Source of the DNA: Girardia tigrina
Taxonomy: Eukaryota
DNA length: 64,000 nt
Direction: 5' to 3'
Assembly: GCA_001938485.1 (NCBI GenBank)
Contig: MQRK01227526.1
Location: 1 to 64,000, forward strand
A program made the translations under genes and the position numbers. The notes beneath the pieces were generated by a model that saw only the letters and a program-made list of their open reading frames with translations, had not been told where the DNA came from and made no database searches. Below, in pieces: positions 26,460 through 37,443 of this stretch (within the stretch, counting starts at the first letter, position 1; each line of letters starts with the position of its first letter).

Positions 26460-28134
26460 GCGGTATATAGAAAACATTTCAATTAATCAAAAACTTTACA
26501 GAATCTAATCGTTTCACCAAAGTCCCCTTCATCTCCTGCAGTGTACAAGATATACTTTGATTCAGTTTTACCCACACCAGTTGGTTTTCTACAAATTTTG
26601 ACCACTCTACATTCTCCGTTCTGACTGCCTTTCTGAGCGATTCTAATCCAGTTGGTATATAATTGTACATCTTCAGATTCGGAGGCTGCTTATTGTTGAA
26701 AGGGGTATTATTGTACCACTATACTGTTTCTAAAATGTCTATATTAGAACGTCACACCTTTCTCTTGACCGTTCTATTTATTTTTTGCTGAATAATGCCG
26801 TTACAATTTGGTTTATTTACGGCCTGATAAATGACTTCGACATTCCCTTTGTCCAATAACCTAATAAAATAATCTGAATAGAATGAACTATAATTATCGA
26901 CTAGTGGTTCTTGAGGCCTACCGCGTTCGGAAAATACGCTTGCTATTTCCGAGACAATCGAATCAACACCCTCCTGTTTTTATCCACACCCCCATTATCA
27001 AATTCAATACCACTATTCACGAATTGTTAATCCTCCTAACCTCTCGATAATCTCCATCCCGACAAGCATTCTTAGTTCAAACGGCATACTCTCCATAACT
27101 AAACACTCCGCTTTTAGTACCTTTTCGTTTATCTCCAGAACTCTCACCTGCAGCGCTGCCATCCACTCAAACAATCGGAGTTTTTCTGACTCTCTCGGCA
27201 TGCTCTTCTTCTTAATGCAGTCTTTGAGCATCCGGAATCAACTAAAGCCAGGACTGATTGACCATTGACACCAATATCCATAGTTGGAAGCACTGCAATT
27301 TTCCAGGGAGAGAGCCGGCGCCTAGAAACTCCCCTGTACGTTTTCCGCTCGGCGATATCTAGCGATATGACCTGCCCGTTGACATTGATAACATATTACT
27401 TGTTTTGATTCTTGGTCTTGGTTACTCTTGTCCAATCTTTTAGTGACTTCCTTCTTACTCGTATTTGACTCCTTGTCAGGGCTCCTTTCTGGCACTGCTA
27501 ACATTGTCCTATCTAGAAGACCCATCTTTATTCCTAAAAATTTTCGGCTTCATTCAATCATTTCGTCAAATGATTGGTCCCTTCCTCGTTTGAACTCCAT
27601 CTGTAACTCGAACGGCAACCCGATCATGAATGCTACCTTAACTAAATCAATAATCTTAGATGATAACCTTTTAATTTTGATACCTATTAATCAATGCTTT
27701 GATGGTCTCGAAGACGTAAACTGAGCAATTGACCATATGCTGCGCGTCTGGTCATTCCGAATGAATTGTTCTGCACCTTGAATACTTCCTCGCAAGAACT
27801 TTGCTTCTTCTCGTCCAACTTCATGTAAGTGCCCAACGGGACATAGACCAGCAAAAACGGAAAATGCGGAGCTGGGTCAACGATTCCTTGAATCTTCATT
27901 ATCATGGTAATCTTCTTATGCGATATCTCAAAACTTCAAGTACCATTAAATTTTTCAATTTTTTCTAGAATCGTCTTCATGTTTGCCATCTTCGTCGGGT
28001 GCCCGGATAGCTTGTAATCTTAGAAAATGATAAACAAAAGTTAACACGTGAAAGTTTATTTCAAATGAAACTCAATTGATGATTTTAGGGAATTAAAAAA
28101 AATATTTATTTGTTTTTAATAATACTCAATTACA
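26460..28134 (-). mobile_element. Internally deleted Gypsy element (gag, protease and integrase remnants; no RT seen)
   Basis: ATG at 27989; knuckle CYQCQRAGHIARY; protease ALVDSGCS; integrase-like remnant; LTR-like end GATTACA at 28013. Confidence 0.7.
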
Positions 28135-28919
28135 CATAATTAAAATAATAATTTGATGAGTTTTTATTTTTTAAATTAAAAATTTATATTAAGTTTAATA
28201 TTTTTTTTAAAAAAAGAAAAGCATTTAATTAAATTCAAATAAATTTAATAAGATTTAAGTTAAATTCATTTTTAATAATTTGATAACATTTTTATTACTT
28301 TGTGTTTTTATTTAGAAATGATTTAAATTATTATTTTTAATTAATATTTTTAAAAATGAAATATTTTAAAAAAGATTTAGAAAAATTATTTGAATACTCA
28401 TGATTAAAAATAGAAATAATAAAAACAATTAGTAAGATGTCAAACGGTGAAAGACTTCATGAGAGTTGTAATGACTCTAATTGTGATAGTACTAAAAATT
28501 CAAATGAGACTTGTCTCAGTGTTCTTAATAGACATATTGGCATTATCTTCCAGGTTGGTAACTGGTGTCATTACTACGTATGGGTTGGCTTCATTGACAT
28601 GCAATCCTACATGCTTTAAACAGTTGATAATAGTGTCCTTAAAAATTGGTTTTCACGCTTGCTTTAATAGACTAAGAGCATTTAATTTTTTAGTTTTCTT
28701 TAATTTATGAATTTTATAAGTTTTCTATTTTTGGATTTTTAAATTTTTAGTGGTTTCAGTTTTCAAAAATATATAGTTAAAAAGTTAGTGTTAGCTTTAT
28801 ATTAAAAGTTAGTTTTTACATTTTCAGAAAAAGTTGTTCTATAATTTTAAAATTTAAAATAATCTAGATTAGACAAATTATTTTTGTCACTTTTATTTGA
28901 AAATTCATCTGGATTAAAC

Positions 28920-30477
28920 GGTTCCCCGACAAAATAGCGAATGACAAAATAGCCCCAAATTTCCCGACAAAATAGCGCTAATATTTATCAATGATTAAAA
29001 TTTTGGCTTTGTATATTATTTTTTTTGTATATGTACTGATGGAGGATAATTAACAAGGACGCCAATTCTATCGATTTCCAATGGGAAGCACCAACGAGCG
29101 GGTTTGATCTCAGAGGTGATTCGGAAGATCGGGATGAACGGCGGNNNNNNNNNNNNNNNNTTGATCGTGGATGCGTCTCGCCGTGTTTTGTCAGAGCAGA
29201 CAAGGACGCGAGGTTTGAGTTCCTGAACGCGTAAATTCTGTTTTCAGAGAGGATCTTAAGGGCCATTTGTGATGGTTGCTGAGAGCATGGACGGAGGGGC
29301 GTTAATGGCGCTTGTGCATGGTCAACTGGGACTCAGGCAGCGAATGTGACCGTCAAAAGTACCTGGGTTTTCCGAAAAGTTTAAGAACAAGCATATGAAC
29401 ATGGCGACAGCGAACGGGGGATCATGTTTGAGGTTGAGAGGCTGAGAGTGAGTTGTACAGTGAATTGAGCTTGCTCTACTGCAAGGTAGCGATGGGCACG
29501 TGCAATTTCAAGGGGGGTTTGCTTAATTCGTACTTTTCGCCTGATGTGAAAAAGCTGCTGGTGGTCGTGGCGGAGGCGATCAAAAAATTAGGTGTTGATC
29601 GAGCTGGCGGTATGTGCGGGGCTCGAGAGACACCGGGGTAGCAAAGGCGACTGGGAGTGTTGCCACAGACGGTGGCTAGCGGTAAGTCAGCATTGTGCAG
29701 GTGTATGGCAGGGTGTTCGGGCAGGCGGTCTAAATTTGATTTGCTTACTCTCCCTGCTAAATCAATGAAAGTTCGTTGATCAATATATTTTATATTTTTT
29801 ATAAATTAAATTATAAAATTTATAAACTTTTATTAAAAAAATTCAAATTAAAATAATTTACTAAATTTATTTTATCAAAAAGTCAAATTGAAAGCGTTTT
29901 TCAGATTGTCCTATACAGGTAGTCGTCGACTTACGACCATGATTGGTTCCGACAGACCGGTCGTAACACGATTTGGTCGTAAGTTGAGTAGGCTATATGT
30001 ATAGTACTGTGCAACTGGTACAACTGGTTTAATATTTGCAAAACATACAAAATTACAAAATAAAGGTTTAAAAAATACAATAGAAAACATTTTTCCAATT
30101 GCAAAACAACATATACAAATATATAGACATGTAGGAAACATTTTGTTGGCCGCTGGTGTAGATAAAGACAGGCGTAGACAAAGACAACTTCCTCTTGGTA
30201 GACATCTTGGGAGGGATTTGATGAAAAATATCTAAGACAGATGGGATTACAGTTGAAATGGTACACGCATATATGGTAGTGCTACCGGAACCTGGTATGC
30301 ACTATCGTACTCCGCGGCTAGCGATTGTGGTCATAAAGTCGAATGGTCGTAAGTTGCAAAGGTCGTAAGTCGACGACTACCTGTACTCGATATCGGAAGT
30401 TATTTTTTTAATTTTTAAATGAAAATAAAAAACAGTAGTCGGCGCTATTTTTTCGTTCGTTATTTTGTCGGGTCACC
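28920..30477. mobile_element. Non-autonomous Mutator-like element (MULE), 9-bp TSD GGATTAAAC
   Basis: TIRs GGTTCCCCGACAAAATAGCG and CGTTATTTTGTCGGGTCACC; TSD at 28911-28919 and 30478-30486. Confidence 0.85.
29916..30383. mobile_element. pogo/Tigger-type MITE, TA TSD
   Basis: Perfect TIRs CAGGTAGTCGTCGACTTACGACC / GGTCGTAAGTCGACGACTACCTG flanked by TA. Confidence 0.92.
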
Positions 30478-31698
30478 GGATTAAACGAATTTCCGGATAA
30501 TACGCATCGCATTACAGCATTTTCATTATATAAAGTAAACCGAATTTTTAATAGGGACTTATTATTTTATCCAGATTACACGATTTTCAGGATTAGACAC
30601 ATCCGGATTACGCGATTTCGACTGTATTATAAAATTTATCCCATTTTCTTATTTAAAATTCTTTTTTAAAAGCTTTTATTAATCATTTTCCATTAAAATA
30701 TATCTATTTTAATTCATCTAAACTTTTTTTGTTTTGTATAATTACTTATTTTTTGTTGTTGTTTATATTATTATTTTTAACTTTTTTTAAGTTTCATAAA
30801 AGTTTGTATTTTTTGTTTTACATATTTATTAAATTTTTGTTAAAATTTTAAATTAAATAAAATCTATAAATGATTTGGAAAATTTTAACTAGCTCCTAAA
30901 AATAAAATTGAAAAAAAGAATATATTTTCTGAATAATTTCCAGTATTTAATTTCTAGAAATAACAAATTTGAGCTATAATTAATTTTAAAATATAATTTT
31001 TAAATGAATATTATTTTAAAAGAAATGAAATTAATTTTTAAAAATTTTAAAAGATTTAAAATATTTTTTAAAGAATTGCTTTTAATTTTAAAATGTGCAT
31101 TATTTTAGAATAAATTTTTATCGATTTAGATATTATTTTAAGTTTCAAATTTGAGAAGTTTAATCAGAATTCGATTGTTAAAATCAATGTCGGTGAATTG
31201 TTTATTAAAAATTTGAAAATTTTTTGAAATAAAAATTATTATTTTGTGCTAAAGAAAATTTTTGATAATTATAATTCAACTATCAAAAATGATAACAATC
31301 CAACTAATACAAATCAAAATAAATCAGAAAAATATCCAAATTGGACCAGCTTTACGGTTATGAAATGAAGACCTTTTTAAAGTCTATCTTTAGTAAAAAC
31401 AGATATTCTTCAAAAATTGTTCCGAAGAAAATAGAGAAACTCTGAAAAATGTTTAGAATGGTTTTACTTGTAATGATTTCCTAAAATAACAGACATAAAA
31501 TTTAATGAGACTATTTTATCATTTATTTTTGAAAGTTTCATTTATATTATAGTTGAAGCAAGAGCGTTCGCAGCGCGGCCGCAGCAACCTGTAGTCGGGG
31601 GCGGTGATGGGGTCGGGGGAATAAAAAATTATCTGACTCAAAAAATTTTCTAGAGCTGCTGATGATCGATCAACTGCTCTTTCACATTCACAATAACT

Positions 31699-32090
31699 TC
31701 ATATTTGACTTCCATTCTGCATTCGCCATACTGGAGCTCGAATAATCGATGCCTGTGATCTCTCGATTCCGCACGACTCACAATATTCAGCATTACTATT
31801 ATTTGCCTTGCTACATAACTTGTATAGACAAAGCCAATCACTCAATCTAGCATTGAAACAATCCTCATACATATCGTCACTGATTATCATCGTATGTTTC
31901 TTGCATTGTTGACAAATCGACTCATCTTGAGGACTGATTTTCCAATTTTATAAAAATTCAAAGTCAATTGTACCGTCCTCTGAGACCGACTCAAATCTGC
32001 ATATAAATCGTCAATGTCGATATTTTCTTTAATTTCAAAATTGATCGATGTATCCTTCATTCCTCCCATTACATCCGTGACGCATTGCAC
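31699..32090 (-). pseudogene. Broken ORF with a RanBP2-type zinc finger
   Basis: DWLCLYKLCSKANNSNAEYCESCGIER fits W-x-C-x4-C-x3-N-x6-C-x2-C. Confidence 0.55.
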
Positions 32091-32966
32091 ACTTTCCCAA
32101 TTACTGTCAAAATATCTTCTAATATTTCAGTTTTTTAAAAATCTCATCAATAGTTTTCATCATGTATAAGTTGTCACTCTTCAAACAGAGTTCCAGAAAA
32201 AAATATAAAAAATACAAATTAAATATGTTATATACCTTTGATCGCATTATACTCATAATTATCTCTTTATTAGTTTACAATCATCGGCATAGTCTTCATC
32301 TTTCTGATTATTGTCGCCGGATTATATTGCTTCATCAAAAAAGAGATCAATTCGAGATTTCATAAGTTGATTATATTATTTTACATATTTTAAAATTTCT
32401 AAATATTGTCTTTAAGTTTGGAACCGGAACAAAATTACAGAACAAATTATGAGGTGGTAAAAAACATATACGTCATATCGCCTCCGATAAGCGACAATTG
32501 CGAATACGCGGTCATTCCAGATTAACAGAGCAATAAATATCAACATTTTCGTGTATCCTTCTTTTCCTCTTTTGGTTTTTGTATAAATTTGGAAAATATA
32601 TCATTTGAATGTCTTTGGAATATTTTAAATCAAGCTTCACTATAATTTTGTAAGAGAACAATAATCCATAAATTATACATTAATGCATCAATAATCGTCT
32701 TATTTCTGGAAATTCATTTAATATGATTTATAAATTAAATAACTTTCACTTATCATTAAAAATGTTTAATATCTCTTGGGAAAAATATAAATCCTTCAAA
32801 TAAAGAATAAAATCTTTTATGTTGAAACAATGTCCAAAGATTATTGAGCATCTGTCATACAAATTAAAGGAGTAATTGGGAATGTAACAAAAATAATGGG
32901 GTTTTAAAACCTCTGAAAACAACGAATTTCTGATTTAATTGAACATAAAAATAATGAAAACAAGTA

Positions 32967-34015
32967 CATTCCACCCTCGGTTTTGGGGCAAAAAATGTCA
33001 AATTTTGCCCCAAAAACCAAGAATTCCCCAAAAAATTAAAAAACATCGAAAAACTAAATAAAATTTATTCCAATTTTTTAAATGAATCAGTTATTGTTTT
33101 CTCAAATTTAAATTCCTTCCTTAAAAAATTATTAAATTGCATTCTAAACTTGATGTATTCTTTTTGAACATCAAAAGGTATATATTCAATAACATTTTCT
33201 AATTCTTTAAGTTTTTCCCATCACAGCTTTAGTTTATCATAACGAACTTTTTCACAAATTTCAGTTGTTCCGGTATCCTCCAGCGGGTCTGATAAATTTT
33301 CTTCATAAATCTCAACAATAACGTCCTCTATATCTTCCTCAAGCATATGAATTTTCATATTTTGGTTGTTTACTTTTTTTTTGGAAAATGCCTTTTTGAA
33401 ACAATTAATAATCGATTCTTTGGATCTTAGGCTATTAAAAACTTCCAAGACCAAACCATGAAGCTCTTTATATTTATTACATGGATTTTCTTTCATAGTT
33501 TCTTCCGATTTTTGTTAGTCACATTTTCTTTCATCCCAAATGTTAAGAATATTGTTTAAATTCTTTTTAATTCTAAAAATGGCACCTTTACTTTTAGAAA
33601 AGTTTTCAATTAATTTTCTCTCTGTTGTTTTTTCCATCCTTCAAACATTTCGCAATTTCAAATTTTTCGCTCGATGTTAGTTTCTTCGTCATTGGGGATA
33701 ATGTTTTTTTTACAAAATTTAATATAAATTTAAACAAAATTTAACATAAAATTTAACAAAATTTTTTAAAAAAAAGCTTGTAATATTTTAAATTTGGGGA
33801 AATTTTGATACTTATTTCAGACCAAGATTAAATATTATTTTTAGGTTAAAAAATATGCCCCCAAAAACGAAACATAATTGTACTTTTGGAATAAAAACAC
33901 AATATAAATAATATGTAATAGTGTGATTATCTTAAAATTTGCCCCAAAAACCAAAATTTCCCCAGAAATCAAGGTGCCCCACCCTAAAGAATGCCCCGGA
34001 AACGAGGGTGGACTG
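32967..34015 (-). mobile_element. Internally deleted pogo/Tigger transposon
   Basis: TIRs TA|CATTCCACCCTCG...CGAGGGTGGACTG|TA; TTTGCCCCAAAAACC subterminal repeats; CENP-B-type HTH start (MTKKLTSSEKFEIAK) and INCFKKA tail. Confidence 0.8.
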
Positions 34016-34498
34016 TAGCTCCATTTTACAAGAAATCTAAAAACCTCTTTTTCGAGCATTCGGAACTTTGTATTTTTCTTTTAGTCCTAAAATATTCCTT
34101 ATTTCGTTTCTTTTCAAATCAGATTAGTGGTAAAAGTTTCAAATGCAACATCAACAGCGCCTTTAATTTGCTTTATTTAATTGTAGAAGTTGTAATCTTT
34201 TTCTGTGTGAATCAGTGTGCTTTTGTAGAGTCGGTAAGGCATCATCGATTTTCTTTTTCCCTTGCAGTGTTCCATGTCTCTTCCAAAATATGACACTCAG
34301 ATGCATGAATGACTCACTTCAAGTAATCCATATTTGCCGATATAATAAACAGATTTCAAGAAATGTTGGTTTTGTAATTATGTCCAAATGATTACAGCTG
34401 TAAATTGAAAAAAATAGAAATAGCTCTGCTACTAGAAATGGTTGTAGGGCGGGCTTGGCGTGACAATCGCGCATTGGCAAAGGTGAAGGGTTGGCGTG

Positions 34499-34866
34499 TC
34501 ATGGGGAGGAAAACTGAATCCAACTAAAACGAAAGGGGAACAGATAGTTCAAATCGGCAGCAGAGAACTCATCGATCGTCCCGTCTTCCGAGTGAGTGAC
34601 TATGTTGTTGATCAAGCAGTTCAATTTCTCGCCGTGGCGCTCTCTCACATAATCGACCACGGATTTTATATTCCTTTCTGTTGTCACTTCACGAAACACC
34701 AATTTAATTCTTTTGTCAAATAAATCTCGCTCCAGTTTCTCTCCGTTCTCTTTATGATTAGTTCAAAGGATTACAGTAACGCCGCGATGAGAAATCTGCC
34801 GAACACAAGCAGGATCATTACCAGATGAACCACCAACCATTAACACGATTTATCACTTAAATCCAT
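34499..34866 (-). pseudogene. Short-chain dehydrogenase/reductase (SDR) N-terminal pseudogene fragment
   Basis: MDLSDK/IVLMVGGSSGND (decayed TGxxxGIG)...EVT...HGEKLNCLINN; frameshift and stop. Confidence 0.7.
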
Positions 34867-35789
34867 GGCAATGTAGTTACACAAGTGCGTAGACGAATGT
34901 GCTTATCACAACCGAATTCAATAAAAAAATCCACTTGAGGTCGTTTGGGAACAATTAAACAACAAATTTTCGGTTCAAAAGAATAAATAATTTTACAACA
35001 TTTTTTCGCAAAAACACAAATTTTCTACATTAATTTTTGGAGACACTCCACGCCAATAAAATCAATGGCAAACAAAGTTTACATTTTTGAATGGGCCAAT
35101 CCCATTGGGCCACAACAACAGAATCTGATCAATCACAGGAGGCCACAATTAATAATATAATTTCGTTTTTACCACTACGACGTGGTTTTTTATTTTAAAA
35201 AAGCTCTTTTATTTGCCATTTTAACAACCCTTTTTTACTTGTTTCGTTTTATTTATTTATTTTTATTCTTTTTTTAACTTTAAATATATCTGTTATTTAA
35301 TAACAAAAGACAAGGATTAAACAAATATTATAAAGTTAAAATAGTTATTCTTTTGATGTGCCTTTCAAAAAATTAAACTTATATTTGTATTGATATTGTT
35401 TTGAAAATCTTCAATTCGAAAAGCAAAACTGAAAAAAGAAAAAAATGTTTTAGAAATGTAAAACTTATTAAACCTAAAAACTTTGTGATTAAACGTTATA
35501 AAATTCTTTTAACTTTATTTTGTTATCTTTGAGTGGAAACATTATTTGTAAAAACTTAATTCAATAACCACATTTAAATCTGATAATCAAATATAAATTG
35601 AATTTAAAGTTGATTCAACTTTGATCTTTTATATTTTCACTTTCTTACGTGATTCAAATGTTGAACTTTGTGTTCTTCCGTTCAAGTTACCACTTTTAAT
35701 ATCATAAATATACACGATCTTTCATACCTTTTAATTAAGTACTTTCTATAAGCATTTATCAACTAACATTACTAGAAAATATATTTCAA

Positions 35790-35828
35790 GACAATATATT
35801 TCGACGGATCTACCGTCATCTTCAGGTC
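35790..35828 (-). ncRNA. Minimal type I hammerhead ribozyme in the Penelope 3' region
   Basis: GAC-CTGAAGA-T-GACGG-TAGAT-CCGTC-GAAA-TATATT-GTC: intact core, 5-bp stem II, palindromic stem III, 3-bp stem I. Confidence 0.75.
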
Positions 35829-37443
35829 ACTAATTAATAATCAATTCACCTGTATATAAATACAAAATGATGATTATATAATCGATTGCATGAAATCATG
35901 CTAATGAACAATTCTCAATAAGCTGGTTGAGACTGCCGATTGAACATTGATTTTAGGGCAATGTGACCTAATTAACAATGCTCCACACGACACTCTCTCC
36001 CAATAACTGTCAAAATGCTTACACAGAATTTTGAAATTATCAAAATTAACATCACATTTACATTTTTTCCTATGTTCTGCTATATTACTCTTACTCTCTT
36101 TTCGACCATGTTCTCGAATTCGTTTACAGAGATGACGGACAGTCTCTCCAATGTATGTGGCATCGCACCCATTACATTTATATTCATAAACAATATCAGA
36201 ACAAAGTGTTGAAGGTGTAATAGATTTATTACTGAACATATTTTGAATTTTATGAGATCGTGATATAATTTTTAAATTTAATTCATTGTTAGTTGCTTTT
36301 AACAATGCATTTTTAAAGTTTTTAAATCCTNNNNNNNNNNNNNNNNNNNNNNNNNNNNNNNNNNNNNNNNNNNNNNNNNNNNNNNNNNNNNNNNNNNNNN
36401 NNNNNNNNNNNNNNNNNCCAAACTCTGATTTTTCGAAAAATCTTTCAAAAGTATTTTATCTACTGTTTCCTTTATTAATTTTTCTAGAAAAGATTTAGAA
36501 TAACCATTCTGATTTAACAAAGAACTTAGTTTATTAGGACTTTCTACAGATTTAACAAAAGTGGAAGACTACGACCAGGAGCGATAAATTAAACCTTTAA
36601 TCATATTTTTTTATACTTAAGTTCACAAAAACTGTCTGGTGAAGTATATAAACCTGTATCAGTTTGCTTCTTATAAATTCCAGTCTGGTAACTAAGAGAT
36701 CTTTTTCAACCAAAAGATCCAGAAAAGATAAGACTCCATTCTTTTCATTTTCAACTTTAAAAGTAACATTTGAATGTAACGAATTCATAAAATTTAAAAA
36801 TGGAAGTACATCAGCCTGATTTTTAAAAACTAGGAATATATCATCAACGTATCGTTTATATACTAAAGGTTGATTTCCATCGAACAGTTTAATTTTATTT
36901 TTAATCTTTGAAAGAAAAACAGAAGCTAACGTTGGTGCTAACGGTGAACCCATAGCAACCCAGTCAGTTTGCTTATACCACTCATTATTGAAAAGACAAT
37001 GAACATTTGATGTTGCAAAGCTTAGTAACTCTCGAAACAAAATCTCGTTCACAATATGATGTTCTGAATGATTATCTTTCCATAGATCACAACACAAATT
37101 CAAAGTTTCAACCAAAGGAACATTTGTAAATAAACTAGAGATGTCAAAAGAAGCCATAAATTCACCTACATTCTGTACATTATAAGTAGAAATGAAATCA
37201 ACAAATTCAAAACTATCACGACACAAAAATTCAGATGATAATAGAGGTTTTAATTTTGAATCTAAATATCCAGCGAAATATCTAGATTCAAAATTAAAAC
37301 CTTTATTATCATCTGAATTTTTGTGTCGTGATAGTTTTGAATTTGTTGATTTCATTTCTACTTATAAAGTACAGAATGTAGGTGAATTTATGGCTTCTTT
37401 TGACATCTCTAGTTTATTTACAAATGTTCCTTTGGTTGAAACT
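35790..37443 (-). mobile_element. Penelope-like retroelement (RT plus GIY-YIG), 5'-truncated with fold-back
   Basis: SFDISSLFTNVP, AMGSPLAPTLA, RYVDDIF, FLDLLV; GIY-YIG domain IVYEYKCNGCDATYIGET...RIREH. Confidence 0.93.

Larger units (their letters stand above)
28860..30624. mobile_element. pogo/Tigger-like non-autonomous element hosting the MULE
   Basis: End ...GGATTACGCGATTTCGACTG|TA at 30624 with GGATTA subterminal repeats on both sides of the MULE; left end not resolved. Confidence 0.5.

Noticed and set aside
28001-28012. tRNA-Lys gene
   Set aside because: Only 12 nt match and there is no cloverleaf.
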